NCBI GenBank assembly: GCA_036001425.1
Contig: DASYUI010000015.1
Span: 9,520-73,519 of the forward strand
Source: Actinomycetota bacterium
Lineage (GTDB): Bacteria > Actinomycetota > UBA4738 > CALAEC01
DNA: 64,000 nt
Direction: 5' to 3'
Of the stretch, positions 17,946 to 26,512 are shown piece after piece. Numbering within the stretch: position 1 is the first letter of the stretch; each line of letters opens with the position of its first letter. The position numbers and the translations under genes were made by a program. Under the pieces are notes generated by a model. The model saw nothing but the letters and a program-made list of their open reading frames with translations. It made no database searches and was not told the DNA's origin.

Positions 17946-19898
17946 CTAGCTGCGGCGGTCGAGAGCCGACCGGATGACCTTCGTGATCTCGTCGCCCACG
18001 AGCTCGTCGCGCTGCTGCAGCGCGTCCCGAAGAGCCTCCAGGACGTCGCGATTAGCCTCCAGGATGGCCATCGCCCGCTGCTTCTGGGTGGCCAGCAGCT
18101 CCTCGACCCGCTGCTTCCCCCCGCTGTCGCCGAGGACCTTCCCGGCGAGGTTCCGCATGGACACCGGGCCGTCCACCACGGCCTCATAGGAGATCAGCGA
18201 GCCGGCCATCCCGAACGCCCCCACCATGGCCGCGGCCAGCTCGGTGGCTCCTGCCAGGTCCGAGGCCGGCCCGGTTCCCGACTCCCCCAGGAACATCTCC
18301 TCGGCGGCCATCCCGCCCAACGAGATAGCGATCAATCCCTCGAGCTCGCTCCGTGACTTGGTGAACCGCTCCTCGAGATCGCCGTGGGCCAGGAGCCCCA
18401 GGGACCGCTGGCGCTTGATGATCGACAGCACCTCCAGGCGCCGCCTGGTCCCCGCGAAATACGCCACCGTGGCGTGTCCCGCCTCGTGGGTGGCCACCGA
18501 TGTTCGCTCATCCTCGGTGTACGACACCGGTTGCTTGAGGCCCGTCTCCTCCGCCAGCTTGGCCTCGTACACATCTGTCACCGTCATCCGGTCACGGCCG
18601 TTTCGCAGCGCCACGAGCAGCGCCTCATCGAAGAGGTGCTCGATCATCACGGGCGTGTACCCGAATGTGTCGTGGGCCAGTCGCTCCCGAACGTCCTCGT
18701 CGTCGAAGATCGGTTCGTGAGCCTTCCGCTCCAGGAAGAAATCGACCAGGTCGCGCCGGCCCTTCTTGGTGGGGGGGTCGAAGTACAGACGCCGGTCGAA
18801 CCGCCCCGGGCGCATCAACGCGGCATCGAGCGAGTCGGCCCGGTTCGTTGCCGCGATCAGGAGCACGTTGTGGTACTGCGGCTTCCCCGTCTCGATCCTC
18901 CGCCCTGCCGGTAGGTAGCCGTTGATCCACTCGACGATCCGATTGCGCATCTGCTGGCCCCACGGTGGCTGGTCGAACGACTGCATCTGGATCAGGAGCT
19001 CGTTCACCATGCCGCCCGTGCCGGGCGAGATCATGTTCGACACGAACCTCCCCAGCCCGGTTGGGGCGGGGGCAGCCTGGAGCGACCCGCGGTCCTGGCC
19101 GATGGCATCGAGCTCCTCGATGAACCCAATGGCTCCCCCCTCCCGTCGGGCCGCCTTCCGTAACCTCTTGAAGAACGACCTGATCTTCGTGTTGGTCATC
19201 CCGAACCACATCGACTGGAACGCGGGGGCCGACACGAACAGGAAGGGGACCCCGGCTTGCTTGGCCATGGCCTTCGCCAAGAATGTCTTGCCAGTACCCG
19301 GGGGACCCTCGAACAGCACGCCCCGGCGCGGCGTCCCGCCCATCCGCTCGCGGAACGTGGAGTAGCCCAAGAAAACGTTGAGGGTCCGGACCACCTCGTC
19401 GACCAAGCCGTCCAGACCCTTGATCTCGTCCAGCCCAACCTCGATATGTTCGGGGCGGATGAGCACGTGGGGCGAACGGCCGCTCCCCATCGGGAGCAGC
19501 ATCACCAACACCAGAACGAAGACCAGGAGGAAACCCGGTACCCAGATCACCCAGTCGTGAGGGAGGCTCGGCAGTCCGATTGGGTTGCCGGTGAAATACC
19601 GGTACCAGAGGAACCCGTCGACGAGCCCGATCCACAGCCCGAGCCGGAAGAGCTTTCGGCGGCGAGTGCGCTCTCGGATCCGGGCGACGTCGGCCCGTCC
19701 GGCCTGCATCAGCTTGGACTGTCCGAGTACCGCCGCGACCTCGTTCGTGGCCACGGACGCGTCGTTGACGGCCTTGTAGGCCGCGTTCCCGCGCCGTCTC
19801 ACGATGTCAGGTTTCCCTTTCGCTCCGGACCAGCCAAAGCGCCCCCGTGATGATTGACCATTGGACAACAAACCCGCCGATTTGCCAAGTCGGAACAT
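17946..19898 (-). CDS. FtsH-like AAA+ / M41 zinc metalloprotease paralog
   Basis: Trimmed to ATG at 19898 (650 aa). Two TM helices. Walker A GPPGTGKT, Walker B GFIEELD, sensor ATNR, M41 zinc site HEAGHA. The rest of the 1052-aa track ORF is read-through. The start could be further downstream. Confidence 0.8.
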   Translation of the reverse strand: MFRLGKSAGLLSNGQSSRGRFGWSGAKGKPDIVRRRGNAAYKAVNDASVATNEVAAVLGQSKLMQAGRADVARIRERTRRRKLFRLGLWIGLVDGFLWYRYFTGNPIGLPSLPHDWVIWVPGFLLVFVLVLVMLLPMGSGRSPHVLIRPEHIEVGLDEIKGLDGLVDEVVRTLNVFLGYSTFRERMGGTPRRGVLFEGPPGTGKTFLAKAMAKQAGVPFLFVSAPAFQSMWFGMTNTKIRSFFKRLRKAARREGGAIGFIEELDAIGQDRGSLQAAPAPTGLGRFVSNMISPGTGGMVNELLIQMQSFDQPPWGQQMRNRIVEWINGYLPAGRRIETGKPQYHNVLLIAATNRADSLDAALMRPGRFDRRLYFDPPTKKGRRDLVDFFLERKAHEPIFDDEDVRERLAHDTFGYTPVMIEHLFDEALLVALRNGRDRMTVTDVYEAKLAEETGLKQPVSYTEDERTSVATHEAGHATVAYFAGTRRRLEVLSIIKRQRSLGLLAHGDLEERFTKSRSELEGLIAISLGGMAAEEMFLGESGTGPASDLAGATELAAAMVGAFGMAGSLISYEAVVDGPVSMRNLAGKVLGDSGGKQRVEELLATQKQRAMAILEANRDVLEALRDALQQRDELVGDEITKVIRSALDRRS

Positions 19899-20003
19899 GC
19901 TGAGAGAACCCCCGCAGATGTGCGGAGGGAATGGGGGCAACCGGGGGCTTCGATGCCGATGTGGCATCCGGCGACTTTTGTGATAAGAGAGAACAACGGT
20001 CCC

Positions 20004-20405
20004 ATGCCGAGAAAGAAGCATCCTCCCGTTGATCGAGAGGCCGCTCGGACCATCGGAGGCCTGCTCCGCGGGCTCCGAAAGGCGTCGGGCTACCGCGCAG
20101 TGAAGGACGCCGCGGTGGCTCCGGGCTGCCCGGCCGCCCAACAGACCATCTACGCCTACGAGCGCGGCGGCCTGGTCCCCAGCCTCCAGCAGTTCCTGCA
20201 GCTGGTGGAGTTCTACTCCCTGAAATCCACCAAGGCGCCTGACCTGGACCAGGACAGGGTTCGGTACATGGGGGTGGCCGCGGTGCACGCAGCGCTCGCT
20301 TCGCCCGCCTACCACGTGCGGGAGGCGCTGTCCCTGGTGGAGCGACTCCAGCCGGCGCCGGCCCCGGGACGACGCAGAAGAGCGGCCGCCCCGCGGAAGT
20401 CGTAG
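20004..20405 (+). CDS. XRE-type helix-turn-helix protein (putative regulator)
   Basis: Trimmed to ATG at 20004 (MPRKKHPPVDREAARTIGGLLRGLRKASGYRAVKDAA...QQTIYAYERGG), which has an HTH_XRE-like layout. Divergent from the FtsH-like gene. Confidence 0.5.
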   Translation: MPRKKHPPVDREAARTIGGLLRGLRKASGYRAVKDAAVAPGCPAAQQTIYAYERGGLVPSLQQFLQLVEFYSLKSTKAPDLDQDRVRYMGVAAVHAALASPAYHVREALSLVERLQPAPAPGRRRRAAAPRKS

Positions 20406-20465
20406 GGGGCGCCTACTCGAACTGCGCTTCCTCGGTGGAGCCCTCCAGGGCCTCCGACGGGCCGG

Positions 20466-20471
20466 TAATCT
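20466..20471 (+). promoter_or_regulatory. candidate -10 box (TAATCT) giving a leaderless mce transcript
   Basis: TAnnnT hexamer 6 nt upstream of the GTG at 20478, with no SD in between. Pattern only. Confidence 0.25.
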
Positions 20472-20477
20472 GCCCCC

Positions 20478-20921
20478 GTGCTCGAGGACATCGACCACGT
20501 GGGCATCGCCGTCCTGGACCTCGCGGCTACGGTTGAGCGCTACCGGAAGGCCTTCGGCATCGAGCCGGTTCACTGGGAGACCGTGGCAGACCAGGGAGTG
20601 GAGGAAGTCCTGTTCCAGGCGGGGAGGTCCTTCATCCAGCTGCTGGGGGCCCTGGGGCCCGACACTCCCGTCGGCCGGTTCCTGGACAAGCGAGGCGAGA
20701 GCCTCCACCACGTCGGCTACCGGGTCCGGGACGTGGCCGCAGCGCTGGCTCGGCTCAAGGAGCTCGGGGTACCGCTGGTGGACGAGACCCCCCGCCCGGG
20801 GTCTCGAGGGACCACGGTCGCGTTCGTCCATCCCAAGGGGATGGGCGGGGTGCTCGTGGAGCTGGTCCAGCAGGGGGTCCAGGGGGGCAGCAGCCCCGCG
20901 AGGCGAAGCCGAGCGGAATAA
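20478..20921 (+). CDS. mce: methylmalonyl-CoA epimerase (VOC/glyoxalase fold), C-terminal 15 aa encoded by repeat copy 3
   Basis: 147 aa. IDHVGIAVLDL...ESLHHVGYRV...GGVLVELVQ is the typical epimerase pattern. The ORF has no stop before module A and ends at a TAA inside module C. Confidence 0.85.
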   Translation: MLEDIDHVGIAVLDLAATVERYRKAFGIEPVHWETVADQGVEEVLFQAGRSFIQLLGALGPDTPVGRFLDKRGESLHHVGYRVRDVAAALARLKELGVPLVDETPRPGSRGTTVAFVHPKGMGGVLVELVQQGVQGGSSPARRSRAE

Positions 20922-20985
20922 GGCTGCTGCGTTCCCCCCTGGCCGAAGGATGCTGCCGAAGGCAGCTGACTGAGGAAGGAGAACG
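20873..20985 (+). repeat. modular intergenic hairpin repeat, copy 3 (A-C-D)
   Basis: GGGGGTCCAGGGGGG CAGCAGCCCCGCGAGGCGAAGCCGAGCGGAATAAGGCTGCTGCGTTCCCCCCTGG CCGAAGGATGCTGCCGAAGGCAGCTGACTGAGGAAGGAGAA. Confidence 0.85.
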
Positions 20986-20991
20986 AAGGGT

Positions 20992-22269
20992 CTACGGACC
21001 GGGAGCCAGTCTGACTTCCCTGACGCCCCACAGGCTCCAGTCCGGGTAGTTGCCGGCCGCCACGAAATGGACGTAGTTCCGCTGGCCGTCCCGGACCCAT
21101 TCATCCGGAAGCTCCACCGTCCGGCGCCGGCTCCACGAGAGGTTCGCGGTCTCGCCCAGCTCCCTCACCAAGTGCCAGTTGATCCACAGCGACACTTCGC
21201 CGGCCTGGACGTCGAAGACCTCGAATCTCACCCGCCATGCGCCGGATCTCCCGCCGAATTTGTAGAACACCTCCTTGGGGTGGGTCCGGTCCCCTGTGGG
21301 GAGGCGGCCCAAGGCCGTCGCCGTGCCGACCGGAACGGGGAGGGCCGGAGACTGTCGCGGGTTCACGGGAACGGAAGCCAGCGGCGTCCAGTCCTCCGCG
21401 CTGCTGGTCGCATAGTCGTACAGGCTCGCCCCGAGGACCCCGTGCTCTCGGACCGCGCGGACGAACGCCTCCACTTCGGGTCCGTCGGCGGACGAGGCGA
21501 TCCCCCCGGCAACGTGGATCGGAACCGAGGGCCTGCCCGTCTCTTCCCGGATGATCTCGATGTTGCGGCGCGTGTACTGATGAGCGCCCGTGGCGCTGTC
21601 CGTCCGGTTGGTGAAGTAGCCCATCGGGACGAAGACGTCGTAGATCTCCCCGAGCTCGAAGTAGGGGAACCCCGGCCAGGAGTTGGGGAACAGCTCCAGG
21701 TCTCGCGGCGCGGGGATGATGGCTCCCAGGGGATAGGAGGAGCCCGCTAGGTCCCGGATGCGGCGGGAAAGCCGGAGCACGCGGTCATTCCGCTCCGTGA
21801 CGTCCTTCACCTCCCGCGACTCGATGTCCAGGCCGAAGGAGTCGAACGCCTCCCCGTTCGCCGTCCTGAAATTGATGGCGGCCCTGGAGCGCCGGTAGTC
21901 ACGGCGGAGGTTGGCGAAGCCCGGGAGGTACCACCCCACCACCCGCATCCCCGCGACGTGTGCGGCCTGGATGAATCGCTCCATCATGTCCGGCCGGAAG
22001 AGGGCGTAGTCCCGACGATAGTTCGACGTCTCCAGGAAGAGCGTGCGGATCCCGAGCGCCTGCATGGCCTGGACGGTTCCCTCCGGGTCATCCCATTGCG
22101 CCCCGTCGAACACGTCCACCCAGGAGCCGAGGCCGCGGTACGCGGCGACCCTGGGCCGGGGAGCCGACACGGCGCCGGGGAGGGCGAGCGGGGACGTGAG
22201 GAGGGCGAACACGACGACGGTAGCCGTGCGCAAAGCTCGCCGCTTTCCCTTGGAGTCCACCGATGCCAA
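20992..22269 (-). CDS. secreted hypothetical protein, TIM-barrel glycoside-hydrolase-like
   Basis: 425 aa with a signal peptide (TTG start, SD AGGAGAGGA). RGLGSWVDVFD...RTLFLETSN...GWYLPGF... resembles the putative glycosyl hydrolase (GHL/DUF4015-type) families. Weak, memory-based assignment. Confidence 0.4.
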   Translation of the reverse strand: MASVDSKGKRRALRTATVVVFALLTSPLALPGAVSAPRPRVAAYRGLGSWVDVFDGAQWDDPEGTVQAMQALGIRTLFLETSNYRRDYALFRPDMMERFIQAAHVAGMRVVGWYLPGFANLRRDYRRSRAAINFRTANGEAFDSFGLDIESREVKDVTERNDRVLRLSRRIRDLAGSSYPLGAIIPAPRDLELFPNSWPGFPYFELGEIYDVFVPMGYFTNRTDSATGAHQYTRRNIEIIREETGRPSVPIHVAGGIASSADGPEVEAFVRAVREHGVLGASLYDYATSSAEDWTPLASVPVNPRQSPALPVPVGTATALGRLPTGDRTHPKEVFYKFGGRSGAWRVRFEVFDVQAGEVSLWINWHLVRELGETANLSWSRRRTVELPDEWVRDGQRNYVHFVAAGNYPDWSLWGVREVRLAPGP

Positions 22270-22351
22270 GAACGTCCTCTCCTGCGCACACCTATTGTCT
22301 CACCGCGTGCATCGCTTCCGGCGGCCGGGTTCAAGAAGTTCTCGGAACCCC

Positions 22352-23728
22352 TTAACCCGCGCAGCCGGCGGCGCGGCCGAGCCGGCGAAGCCCCTCACGG
22401 TCCCCCGGGCCCCACCGCGCCCGACCCTTCGAAGGAACGGGGGACATCGCCTCCCGGGTATCCCTCACGTCCTCCAGGCCCGCCAGGTGTCCGAGCTGAT
22501 GGAGGAGCACGTCACCCCAGGTTCGCCCGGGCCCGAAGCCCCCGGGAAGCCTGACGTCCTCGTTGAACAGGAGGATCCCCCCTGCGAGCGTCTCCTTCCC
22601 CCGATCGAGCACCGCCCTGGTGTAGCCGAACCGCTCGGGCCATCGCTCTCCGAAGTTTCTGGGGGTCCAGGCCACGTCGATCACGGTCCCCTCCTCCGCG
22701 CGATCGCGCACCTCCTGAGGATCCCAGCTGAGAGGGTCGCGGTAGAGACCGATGAAGACCACATGGAATCCGGTGGCCTGGGCGAGCTCGGCGAACGCCC
22801 GATGAACATCGGGGATCGCATCCGGTGGTGAACCGACCCACGAGATTCGGTAGAAGAACGGCCGGCACGGGTCGAACCGGCGGACTTGCCCGTCGACCCT
22901 CCTCAACCGGAATGTGCCTGCTTCAGCTGACGCCGCATCGCTGGACGGAAGGTCGGGCGTCTTCACGCAACGAGCTCGGCGGCCGAGGGATGCCAGCCCT
23001 CCGCGGTCGCCTCTGCCGAGCACCGCGGGACCCGGAGCCACCTCGCGGTTCATGAGCTGCGTGGGATCGTCCACGTGAGCCAGTCCCAACACGTGGGAGA
23101 GCTCGTGAAGCTGAACTTCGCCGAGGGTGAACCCGTAGCCGAATCCCGGTACCAAGAACTCGTCTTCGTCGACGATCACCGTCCCAGTGACCCGGACGGG
23201 AAGGAGATCCTCGTTGACCAGGAAGACGGATTCGGCGACCGCGATGCTGTCCTCGGACTGCCCGGGCAGCCTGCCCCAGGCGATGAGGATCGGGGCCCAC
23301 CGCTGTCCGTACCGCTCGGGTTGATACGCGTCCCGCACCTCCGTCACCGGCTCATCGGTGAGCCCGTCGTAATGGAACGTGAGGCCGGACACCTCGGCGA
23401 TCCTCCGCACGGCCTCCTGGATGTCCTCGAGCGCTCCCGGAGGGGCTCCATCGTCGTTGACGACGTAGTGGATCGGCTGGCACGGGTTGAACCCCACCGT
23501 GGCGCCGGTAAGTGGGTCGAGATAGTCCAACTGGTAGGACGCCGCCGACCCTCCGGGTTCGAGGTTGAAGGGCCCGCCCCCTCCCGGAGACCGCACGACG
23601 GCGATGCCCACCTGGAGGAGCACGAGCGCGACGACCACCACCAGGGCCTTGACCGGCGTCGGCCGGGCCCAGGACCCACGGCCTCCCCGTAACGGTCCCG
23701 TCTGGTCCGGAGACTCGGGGTCGCTCAC
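22352..23728 (-). CDS. membrane-anchored tandem metzincin-like protein (active-looking domain 1, E-to-Q domain 2)
   Basis: 458 aa. HELSHVLGLAH at nt 23075-23107 is a full HExxHxxGxxH motif. A second homologous domain carries HQLGHLAGLED at nt 22469-22501. Both domains end in ...GDRxGLxxLGRxAxC. Confidence 0.7.
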   Translation of the reverse strand: MSDPESPDQTGPLRGGRGSWARPTPVKALVVVVALVLLQVGIAVVRSPGGGGPFNLEPGGSAASYQLDYLDPLTGATVGFNPCQPIHYVVNDDGAPPGALEDIQEAVRRIAEVSGLTFHYDGLTDEPVTEVRDAYQPERYGQRWAPILIAWGRLPGQSEDSIAVAESVFLVNEDLLPVRVTGTVIVDEDEFLVPGFGYGFTLGEVQLHELSHVLGLAHVDDPTQLMNREVAPGPAVLGRGDRGGLASLGRRARCVKTPDLPSSDAASAEAGTFRLRRVDGQVRRFDPCRPFFYRISWVGSPPDAIPDVHRAFAELAQATGFHVVFIGLYRDPLSWDPQEVRDRAEEGTVIDVAWTPRNFGERWPERFGYTRAVLDRGKETLAGGILLFNEDVRLPGGFGPGRTWGDVLLHQLGHLAGLEDVRDTREAMSPVPSKGRARWGPGDREGLRRLGRAAGCAG

Positions 23729-23835
23729 TGGCTCGTCCTCATTGTTCCACGAGCCCTGCGGAGCGAGGGTGGCCCGACGATCGGCCGCTTCGGTGCGGGT
23801 AGGCTAGCGACGACACAAGAGAAAGGAGTCCTTCC

Positions 23836-24261
23836 ATGCTCACCTACAACTCGGACGACGGGAAGGCCGCCATGATCCGCCTGGAGGAGGGCGAGGACCT
23901 CTACGACGGCGTCAGCCAAGGCGTTCGCGACCTCGGGATCGAAGCCGCCACCGTGCAAGCGATCGGGGGCCTCACCCACGCCAAGTTCGCCTACTACAAC
24001 CAGGAGAAGGGGGAGTACGAGGAGCACGAGTTCCCCGGCGGCTGGGAGATCGCCTCCTGCCTCGGGAACGTCTCGATCAAGGATGGGGAGCCGTTCCTGC
24101 ACGCCCACCTCGTGGTGAGCGGGTCGGACGGCAAGGCCCTCGGCGGGCACCTCCTTCCGGGCTCGAAGGTCTTCCTCGCCGAGGTCTACGTGAGGGCGCT
24201 CGGCGGCGAGGCTCCGGTCCGAAAGCTGGACGAAACCCTGGGCCTCTCGGTCTGGTCCTAA
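23836..24261 (+). CDS. PPC (DUF296) domain protein
   Basis: 141 aa. ...GGLTHAKFAYYNQEKGEYEEHEF...LGNVS...GEPFLHAHLVVSGSDGKALGGHL is the PPC/DUF296 pattern. SD GAAAGGAG upstream. Confidence 0.65.
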   Translation: MLTYNSDDGKAAMIRLEEGEDLYDGVSQGVRDLGIEAATVQAIGGLTHAKFAYYNQEKGEYEEHEFPGGWEIASCLGNVSIKDGEPFLHAHLVVSGSDGKALGGHLLPGSKVFLAEVYVRALGGEAPVRKLDETLGLSVWS

Positions 24262-24262
24262 C

Positions 24263-24375
24263 GGGGGTCCAGGGGGCGAGCAGCCCCGCGAAGCGCAGCG
24301 CAGCGGACCAGGCTGCTCGAGTCCCCCTGGCCGAAGCGCCTCGCCGAAGGCGAGGGGCTGAGGAAGATGAAGGAG
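24263..24375 (+). repeat. modular intergenic hairpin repeat, copy 4 (A-C-D)
   Basis: Starts 1 nt after the TAA at 24259-24261: GGGGGTCCAGGGGG CGAGCAGCCCCGCGAAGCGCAGCGCAGCGGACCAGGCTGCTCGAGTCCCCCTGG CCGAAGCGCCTCGCCGAAGGCGAGGGGCTGAGGAAGATGAAGGAG. Confidence 0.85.
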
Positions 24376-24390
24376 ACCCTCTCGCGCGAT

Positions 24391-24396
24391 TAGACT
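24391..24396 (+). promoter_or_regulatory. candidate -10 box (TAGACT) upstream of pccB
   Basis: TAGACT 9 nt upstream of the ATG at 24406, with no SD at proper spacing. The identical hexamer occurs upstream of sdhC. Confidence 0.25.
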
Positions 24397-24405
24397 CGCC
24401 TCGCC

Positions 24406-25995
24406 ATGGCCAAGAAGGCGGATCAGCAGACCGAGGCGGCCCAGCGGGCCGTCCACATGAAGATCGACGACCTCCGCAAGCGTGCAGGACAGGCCCGGGC
24501 AGCGGGGGGCGAGGAGGGCGTCGAGCGCCAACACGCTCGGGGGAAGCTCACCGCCCGGGAGAGGATCGACCTCCTGCTGGACCCCGACTCCTTCGTGGAA
24601 ACTGACCAGCTTGCCCGGCATCGGGTCCACGGGTTCGGCATGGAACGGACCCGCCCGTACGGCGACGCCGTGGTCACCGGGTACGGGACCATCGACGGCC
24701 GGAAGGTGTTCGTGTTCTCCCAGGACTTCACGGTATTCGGCGGCTCTCTGGGAGAGACGGTCTCCGAGAAGATCTGCAAGATCATGGACCTGGCGATCTC
24801 CACCGGCGCCCCGGTGATCGGCATCAACGACTCCGGCGGGGCGCGGATCCAGGAGGGAGCCGCTTCCCTCGCCGGGTACGGCTACATCTTCGACCGCAAC
24901 GTGCGAGCCTCCGGCGTCATCCCGCAGATCAGCGTGATCATGGGTCCGTGCGCCGGCGGCGCCGTCTACTCCCCGGCCATCACCGACTTCGTGTTCATGG
25001 TCGAGGAGACGTCGTACATGTTCATCACCGGTCCCGACGTTATCAAGACCGTCACCGGCGAGGATGTCACGTTCGAGGAGCTCGGCGGGGCGCAGACCCA
25101 CGCCATCCGTTCGGGCATCTCCTCGTTCATGGCCCCGAACGAAGAGGAGTGCCTCCAGCGGGTGCGGTATTTGCTCTCGTTCCTGCCGCTCAACAACATG
25201 GAGGACCCGCCGCAGTACGGCCTCGCCGACGATCCGCTGCGGCGGTGCGAGGAGCTCCGCGATATCGTTCCCGACTCGCCGCGCGAGGCCTACGACATGA
25301 AGGACGTCATCGGATCCGTCGTCGACAACGACGAGTTCCTGGAGGTCTTCCCGAGGTGGGCCCGGAACATCGTGGTCGGGTTCGCCCGCCTGGACGGTCG
25401 ATCGGTGGGGATCGTGGCCAATCAGCCCAACCAGCTCGCCGGCACCCTGGACATCGAATCCTCGGAGAAGGCGGCGCGATTCGTGCGGTTCTGCGACGCG
25501 TTCAACGTTCCGCTGCTGGCGTTCGTGGACGTGCCCGGATTCCTTCCCGGCGCCGCCCAGGAGTACGGCGGCATCATCCGCCACGGCGCCAAATTGCTGT
25601 ATGCGTTCACCGAAGCCACCGTGCCGCGGATGACGGTGATCACTCGCAAGGCGTACGGGGGCGCCTACCTGGTGATGAACTCGAAGCACATCCGGGCCGA
25701 CGTGTCGTTCGCCTGGCCGACCGCCGAGATCGCCGTGATGGGACCGGAGGGGGCGGTGAACATCGTGTTCCGCAAGGACATCCAGGGAGCCGAGAACCCC
25801 GACGCCCGCCGGAAGGAGCTCATCGCGGAGTACGAGGAGAAGTTCGCCAACCCGTACATCGCCGCGGAGCGAGGGTTCATCGACGAGGTGATCGATCCGG
25901 CCGAGACGCGCATCCGCCTGATCCAGGCCCTTCGGATGCTCGGCACCAAGCGCGAGGCGCTGCCGCCTCGCAAGCACGGCAACATGCCGTTGTAG
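24406..25995 (+). CDS. pccB: acyl-CoA carboxylase carboxyltransferase (propionyl-CoA carboxylase beta / 12S-type) subunit
   Basis: 529 aa. [15 protein letters not shown]..., [11 protein letters not shown]..., [12 protein letters not shown]..., [13 protein letters not shown] are the canonical PccB/AccD5 family blocks. Confidence 0.9.
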   Translation: MAKKADQQTEAAQRAVHMKIDDLRKRAGQARAAGGEEGVERQHARGKLTARERIDLLLDPDSFVETDQLARHRVHGFGMERTRPYGDAVVTGYGTIDGRKVFVFSQDFTVFGGSLGETVSEKICKIMDLAISTGAPVIGINDSGGARIQEGAASLAGYGYIFDRNVRASGVIPQISVIMGPCAGGAVYSPAITDFVFMVEETSYMFITGPDVIKTVTGEDVTFEELGGAQTHAIRSGISSFMAPNEEECLQRVRYLLSFLPLNNMEDPPQYGLADDPLRRCEELRDIVPDSPREAYDMKDVIGSVVDNDEFLEVFPRWARNIVVGFARLDGRSVGIVANQPNQLAGTLDIESSEKAARFVRFCDAFNVPLLAFVDVPGFLPGAAQEYGGIIRHGAKLLYAFTEATVPRMTVITRKAYGGAYLVMNSKHIRADVSFAWPTAEIAVMGPEGAVNIVFRKDIQGAENPDARRKELIAEYEEKFANPYIAAERGFIDEVIDPAETRIRLIQALRMLGTKREALPPRKHGNMPL

Positions 25996-26003
25996 GAGGA
26001 GAG

Positions 26004-26252
26004 ATGCCGCGGTTCGAGCTTCCGCCCGACCTCACGCCGGAAGAGGAGCGCATCGTGCTCGCCGCGCTGGAACACGCATTGAAGGCGGGGGCGACCAGGC
26101 GCTCACCGTGGGTGCTGGCGGGGCGGGTGGAGAACCTCCGTACCGGAGTGCTCCAAGCGCGACGCTACACCGACCGGGCGTGGACCTTGCGGGCGGAACC
26201 GTGGGCCCGCCGGTCCACATGGACACTTCGCGGCCGCGGCGACGCCAAGTGA
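26004..26252 (+). CDS. acyl-CoA carboxylase epsilon-subunit-like small protein
   Basis: 82 aa. ATG at 26004 preceded by AGGAGGA. Position directly after pccB and the small Arg/Trp-rich composition fit actinobacterial AccE/PccE. Little sequence-level support. Confidence 0.5.
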   Translation: MPRFELPPDLTPEEERIVLAALEHALKAGATRRSPWVLAGRVENLRTGVLQARRYTDRAWTLRAEPWARRSTWTLRGRGDAK

Positions 26253-26512
26253 GCGATCCCGAGTTCTCGGCGCCGCTGGGTGCCCGATGGATTCCCGTGG
26301 CCGAGTTCAGTCGCGAGCAGGAGGCGCGTCTGCTGGCCGGCCGACTCGAGTCCGAGGGTATCGAGGTGAGGATGTATCCGGAGTGGCAGGGCGGTCCCTA
26401 TGGGGAGACCATCCACCTGCCGGTCTCGGTCCTGGTCCTGGAGCATCGCTTCCTGGAGGCTCGAGCGATCGTCGAGGAGATCCAGCAGACGGACCTTGAG
26501 GAGACGGAGTAG
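26249..26512 (+). CDS. DUF2007-like small protein
   Basis: 87 aa. GTGA overlap with the previous stop. WIPVAEFSREQEARLLAGRLESEGIEV... matches the putative signal-transducing DUF2007 fold pattern (from memory). Confidence 0.5.
   Translation: MSDPEFSAPLGARWIPVAEFSREQEARLLAGRLESEGIEVRMYPEWQGGPYGETIHLPVSVLVLEHRFLEARAIVEEIQQTDLEETE

Noticed and set aside
19899-21104. N-terminal ~400 codons of the 1052-aa ORF 17946..21104
   Set aside because: This part reads backwards through the HTH gene, mce and repeat copy 3. FtsH-like similarity only begins after the ATG at 19898, so I trimmed the ORF.
23725-25977. 750-aa minus-strand ORF
   Set aside because: It lies exactly antisense to the well-supported pccB gene. 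It has Arg/Gly/Pro/Asp-rich low-complexity composition and no motifs. This is a typical high-GC antisense artefact.
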